From: Spirochaetia bacterium | GTDB taxonomy: Bacteria; Spirochaetota; Spirochaetia; SZUA-6; Bin103 | Direction of reading: 5' to 3' | NCBI GenBank assembly: GCA_965203905.1 | Contig: CBDBDQ010000005.1 | Coordinates: 4,896,001-4,960,000 of the forward strand | DNA length: 64,000 nt | Part shown: positions 60,824-64,000 of the stretch, in pieces | How positions within the stretch are numbered: the stretch's first letter is position 1 | Layout: every line of letters begins with the position of its first letter | Notes under the pieces: model-generated | Told to the model about the DNA's origin: nothing | Databases searched by the model: none | The model's input: the letters and a program-made list of their open reading frames with translations, nothing else | Program-made: the position numbers and the translations under genes

Positions 60824-61822
60824 ATGGCCGACCAGCGGGCAGAGCAACCGGACACCGGCGAGCCGGAGGAGGCGGTCAGCCAGCCGCACGACAAGTACTT
60901 CTACGGCGTGTTCTCGAACGAGCGGGACGCCGCCAGCCTGCTGCGCACCTGCGTGCCGCAGCCGCTCGCCGACACCTTGCGGTGGCCGACGCTCACGGTG
61001 CTGCCGGGGCGTTTCGTGCGGGACGACTGGCGCGGCAACGAGGCGGATCTGGTGTTCTCGGTGGAGCGGGAGGGGAGCGACACGCCGGTGCTGGTGTACG
61101 TGCTGCTGGAGCATCAGTCGACGCCGGACCAGTGGCTGCGGTTGCGACTGCTGGGGTACTGCGTGCAGGTCTGGCTGAGGTGGCAGCGGCAGCACGAGGA
61201 CGAGGAACGGTTGCCGTTGCTGGTGCCGCTGGTATTCTATCAGGGGGCTCGGCGGTGGGAGTACGCGCGGGAGTTCGCGGACCTAGTCACGGACGCGGAG
61301 CCACAGTGGCGCTGGGTGCCGAGGTTCGAGCATCTGCTGATCGACCAGACCGAGCAGGGCGCGGAGTCGGTGACGGGCGCGGTGGCGGCGCGGCTGCTGC
61401 AGATCGCGATGATGGCGACGTTTCGGGACCCACCGGGGGAGTTGCTGGAACGGGCGACGCGGTTGATCGGCGAGTTGTACCGGGCCGTCGGGTTCGAGGA
61501 AGTGGCCAAGCACGTGGAGTACGTGCTCGCGACGCAGCCGGAGGAGCACCGGAAGCTGTTTTCGAAGGCATTGCGGAGGAACGTGCCGGGGCGCGGAGGA
61601 GAGCTGATGAATTACGTGGAGGAATTGATCGAGCAAGGCCGCCAGGAAGGCCGCCGCGAAGGCGAGCTGAGAGGCCGCCGCGAAGGCGAGCTGAAGGGAC
61701 AGGTGCGGGCTATCGAGGGGTTCGTGGCGCGGGACATACCATGGTCCACCATCGAAGCGGCCACGGGAATCGACGAGGCCACGTTCCGGCGCCTCAGACA
61801 GCGCATCGCCGACGCAGACTGA
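60824..61822 (+). CDS. Rpn/YhgA-like PD-(D/E)XK nuclease (Transposase_31)
   Basis: 'PHDKYF', 'ADLVFSV', 'YVLLEHQS', 'VPLVFYQG', C-terminal (R/E)EG repeats. Confidence 0.9.
   Translation: MADQRAEQPDTGEPEEAVSQPHDKYFYGVFSNERDAASLLRTCVPQPLADTLRWPTLTVLPGRFVRDDWRGNEADLVFSVEREGSDTPVLVYVLLEHQSTPDQWLRLRLLGYCVQVWLRWQRQHEDEERLPLLVPLVFYQGARRWEYAREFADLVTDAEPQWRWVPRFEHLLIDQTEQGAESVTGAVAARLLQIAMMATFRDPPGELLERATRLIGELYRAVGFEEVAKHVEYVLATQPEEHRKLFSKALRRNVPGRGGELMNYVEELIEQGRQEGRREGELRGRREGELKGQVRAIEGFVARDIPWSTIEAATGIDEATFRRLRQRIADAD
61607..61822 (+). CDS. Putative intragenic RpnS antitoxin (71 aa)
   Basis: In-frame ATG with GGAGGAG at 61595-61601 just before the EG-repeat region. Confidence 0.65.
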   Translation: MNYVEELIEQGRQEGRREGELRGRREGELKGQVRAIEGFVARDIPWSTIEAATGIDEATFRRLRQRIADAD

Positions 61823-61923
61823 AGTCCGCTCCTGACCATCGCCTTCAGACGAGGACCTGTCGCAGCGCGGCCGCTCATGAGCGTGCCCCATGCCACCCCG
61901 CCCGCTGGACCGGCGGGTGCCGC

Positions 61924-62035
61924 GGCGCCCGCCGCAGCCTGGAGAAGGCCGCGCGGTCCGCCTGAAGTTCCCCAGGGAACGAGCTGTGGCCGCCATCGAG
62001 GGATCTACCGAGTACTACCGCTGGCCGGACTGACG
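61924..62035 (+). repeat. 112-bp direct repeat, copy 2
   Basis: Matches 60102-60213. Confidence 0.9.
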
Positions 62036-62298
62036 GCGGTGGGCTGGTTTGTCAGAGCAGCTATTCTTCGCCCGCGGGAATGATCGGCAGGACCACACAT
62101 GACGGAAGGCCGGTGCTGGTGTGCACGGTGTTGGCCGTGACCATCCGCGCGCTGGCCCGCCCTCAACTCCGTCTCACCCGGTTTGAGCAGCGAATACCAC
62201 CACGGCTGGGCCACTCGCGGTGCTCGCGGTGCTTCACACTCGTTCGGGTTCTCGATATGCTGTTTCCGATCGATTCCTATCACTCGAGGAGGATAACG

Positions 62299-64000
62299 AT
62301 GCTTCACAGGAGATTGCTAACACTTGCGCTGATCGCCCTTGTGGCGACCGCGACGGTCTTTGGGGGCGGAGAGGCCGAACCCGAGGAGGCAGCGGCCGGT
62401 GCAGACGGTGAGGCGCAGCAAGCACTGACGGCAACGGGTGACCAGTGGCCCAACGCTGCATTCAAGACGGGGGATTTCGTGTATGCCACGCCGGCCGACT
62501 TCACGGAAGCCACCGGCCACGAGATAACCAGCTACCAGGAAGCGCCGGAATTGACGGCCAGGGTCACCTCCGGAGAGATCCCGCCAGTGGAACAGAGGCT
62601 TCCCAAAGAGCCTCTGGTGCTGGTTCCGATGGAGAAGGTAGGCCAATACGGCGGCAGCATGCGTGTGGGTTCGGTCGGCTTTACCGGGTGGACGGATTTC
62701 ACCGATGCTCGCTGGCCCGGACTGCTGAGATACAGTGCGGATACCGCCCAGGTGCTGCCCTACCTGACCAAGGGTTACGAGCTCTCGGCAGACGGCAAGA
62801 CTATCACCCTTCACTTCAGGGAGGACCACAAGTGGTCCGACGGCTCGCCGTTTACCCTTGAGGACGTACTCTTCTGGTGGGAGGACCAGATCCTGAACGA
62901 TGAGCTTACACCGACCAAACCCGGACGGTGGATGTCGGGAGGCGAGCTCGCGCAATTCGAGAAGATTGACGACACTACCCTGCGCATCCGGTTTGCGGAA
63001 TCGAATCCCGCCGCGGTCTTCACCATTGCCCACCACGGCGGTCGGCAGAACGCATTCTACCAGCCAAGCGAATATCTGAAGAACTGGCACATAGAGCACA
63101 ACTCCGAGGCCAACGCGGTAGCAAAAAAGGAAGGCTATGACAGCTGGTGGGAGGCCTTCAATTTCCACCGAACCTACGGTCCGCAGCAGACGGACACGGG
63201 GTTGCCTGTGGTTGCCGCGTGGGCACTGGATACCGTTGCTCCCACCCACAGGACTTTCGTCAGGAATCCCTACTACCTGGCGGTCGACACGGCGGGCAAC
63301 CAGCTTCCCTACATAGACAGCATCACCAGATCCTTGGTCGGTGACGCTGAGACTCTGAAATTGCAGGTGGTGGCGGGCGAATTCGACATCAACTGGAGAG
63401 AGGTCTCGGGAGACGACTATCCCTTGTTGTTGAAGAACCAGGAGAGCGCGGGCTATCGTGTTGCGCTGGTAAAATATCCCGGGCACCTCGTGTTCCTGGC
63501 CTTCAACCAGACCAGCAAGGATCCTGCCAAGCGGGAGATTTTCCAGAATGTCGCGTTTCGGCGAGCCATGTCCATGGCCATTAATCGGGACGAAATCAAC
63601 GAGATCGTTTTCGCCGGCCAGGGGGTTCCCTCGGCGGTGACACCGGACGCATCAACCAGCTTTTACAAGCAGGGGTGGGAAAGCGCGTGGGCTCAGTTCG
63701 ATCCGGATCATGCCAACCGACTTCTCGATGAGATCGGCCTGGCGGAGCGGGACGACAGCGGCTTTCGCCTGAGGCCCGACGGCGAGAAGCTCGTGGTGAT
63801 CATAGAGTACCAGGAGAGAGGACCCAGAACGCCGACGCTCGAACTCATAAAAGAATACTGGGATGCAGTCGGTGTACAGACGGAGCTGAAGCCCCTGGAG
63901 CGCACGTTCTACTTCACCCGGATCAGCGCCGCCGAGCACGACGTCGGGGTGTGGCATCTGGACGCCGCACTGGAGGGGCCGCTGCTGGCCTCAAAGAACG
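62299..64000 (+). CDS. ABC substrate-binding protein, family 5 (runs off the window end)
   Basis: GAGGAGG RBS, 'MLHRRLLTLALIALVATATVFGGG', 'YQEAPEL..GEIPPVEQRLP', 'GNQLPYID'; absent from the ORF track, consistent with no stop before the window end. Confidence 0.88.
   Translation, partial: MLHRRLLTLALIALVATATVFGGGEAEPEEAAAGADGEAQQALTATGDQWPNAAFKTGDFVYATPADFTEATGHEITSYQEAPELTARVTSGEIPPVEQRLPKEPLVLVPMEKVGQYGGSMRVGSVGFTGWTDFTDARWPGLLRYSADTAQVLPYLTKGYELSADGKTITLHFREDHKWSDGSPFTLEDVLFWWEDQILNDELTPTKPGRWMSGGELAQFEKIDDTTLRIRFAESNPAAVFTIAHHGGRQNAFYQPSEYLKNWHIEHNSEANAVAKKEGYDSWWEAFNFHRTYGPQQTDTGLPVVAAWALDTVAPTHRTFVRNPYYLAVDTAGNQLPYIDSITRSLVGDAETLKLQVVAGEFDINWREVSGDDYPLLLKNQESAGYRVALVKYPGHLVFLAFNQTSKDPAKREIFQNVAFRRAMSMAINRDEINEIVFAGQGVPSAVTPDASTSFYKQGWESAWAQFDPDHANRLLDEIGLAERDDSGFRLRPDGEKLVVIIEYQERGPRTPTLELIKEYWDAVGVQTELKPLERTFYFTRISAAEHDVGVWHLDAALEGPLLASKN

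Overview
High-GC bacterial DNA. The many ABC solute-binding proteins with 'FAAG/GGGE' N-termini suggest a spirochaete-like organism, but that is inference only. 1-21.6 kb is a complete type 3 BREX locus (brxF-brxC-pglXI-brxHII-pglZ-brxA) carrying five extra co-oriented genes, most joined by overlapping stop/start codons: DUF4062, AlbA_2/Schlafen-HATPase-HTH, a large reverse transcriptase with a non-canonical FADE motif, an E-K-C nitrilase-domain protein and an ArdC-N/HExxH metallopeptidase. The RT+nitrilase pair coupled directly to the BREX methyltransferase is the most notable feature. A TTGGTCAC motif array with conserved spacing brackets the pglXI-brxA block. 21.5-24.6 kb holds a diverged ~480 bp direct repeat (each copy with a decayed vapB) around a low-GC orphan and a RelE/HigA pair. 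24.6-64 kb is a mosaic of ABC transporter modules without adjacent intact ATPases, carbohydrate and redox enzymes, a DUF222-HNH gene, tRNA-Arg(CCG), IS21-like ends, an Rpn nuclease with an internal RpnS-type start and many truncated gene fragments. All family assignments come from motifs recognised by eye; no searches were run.
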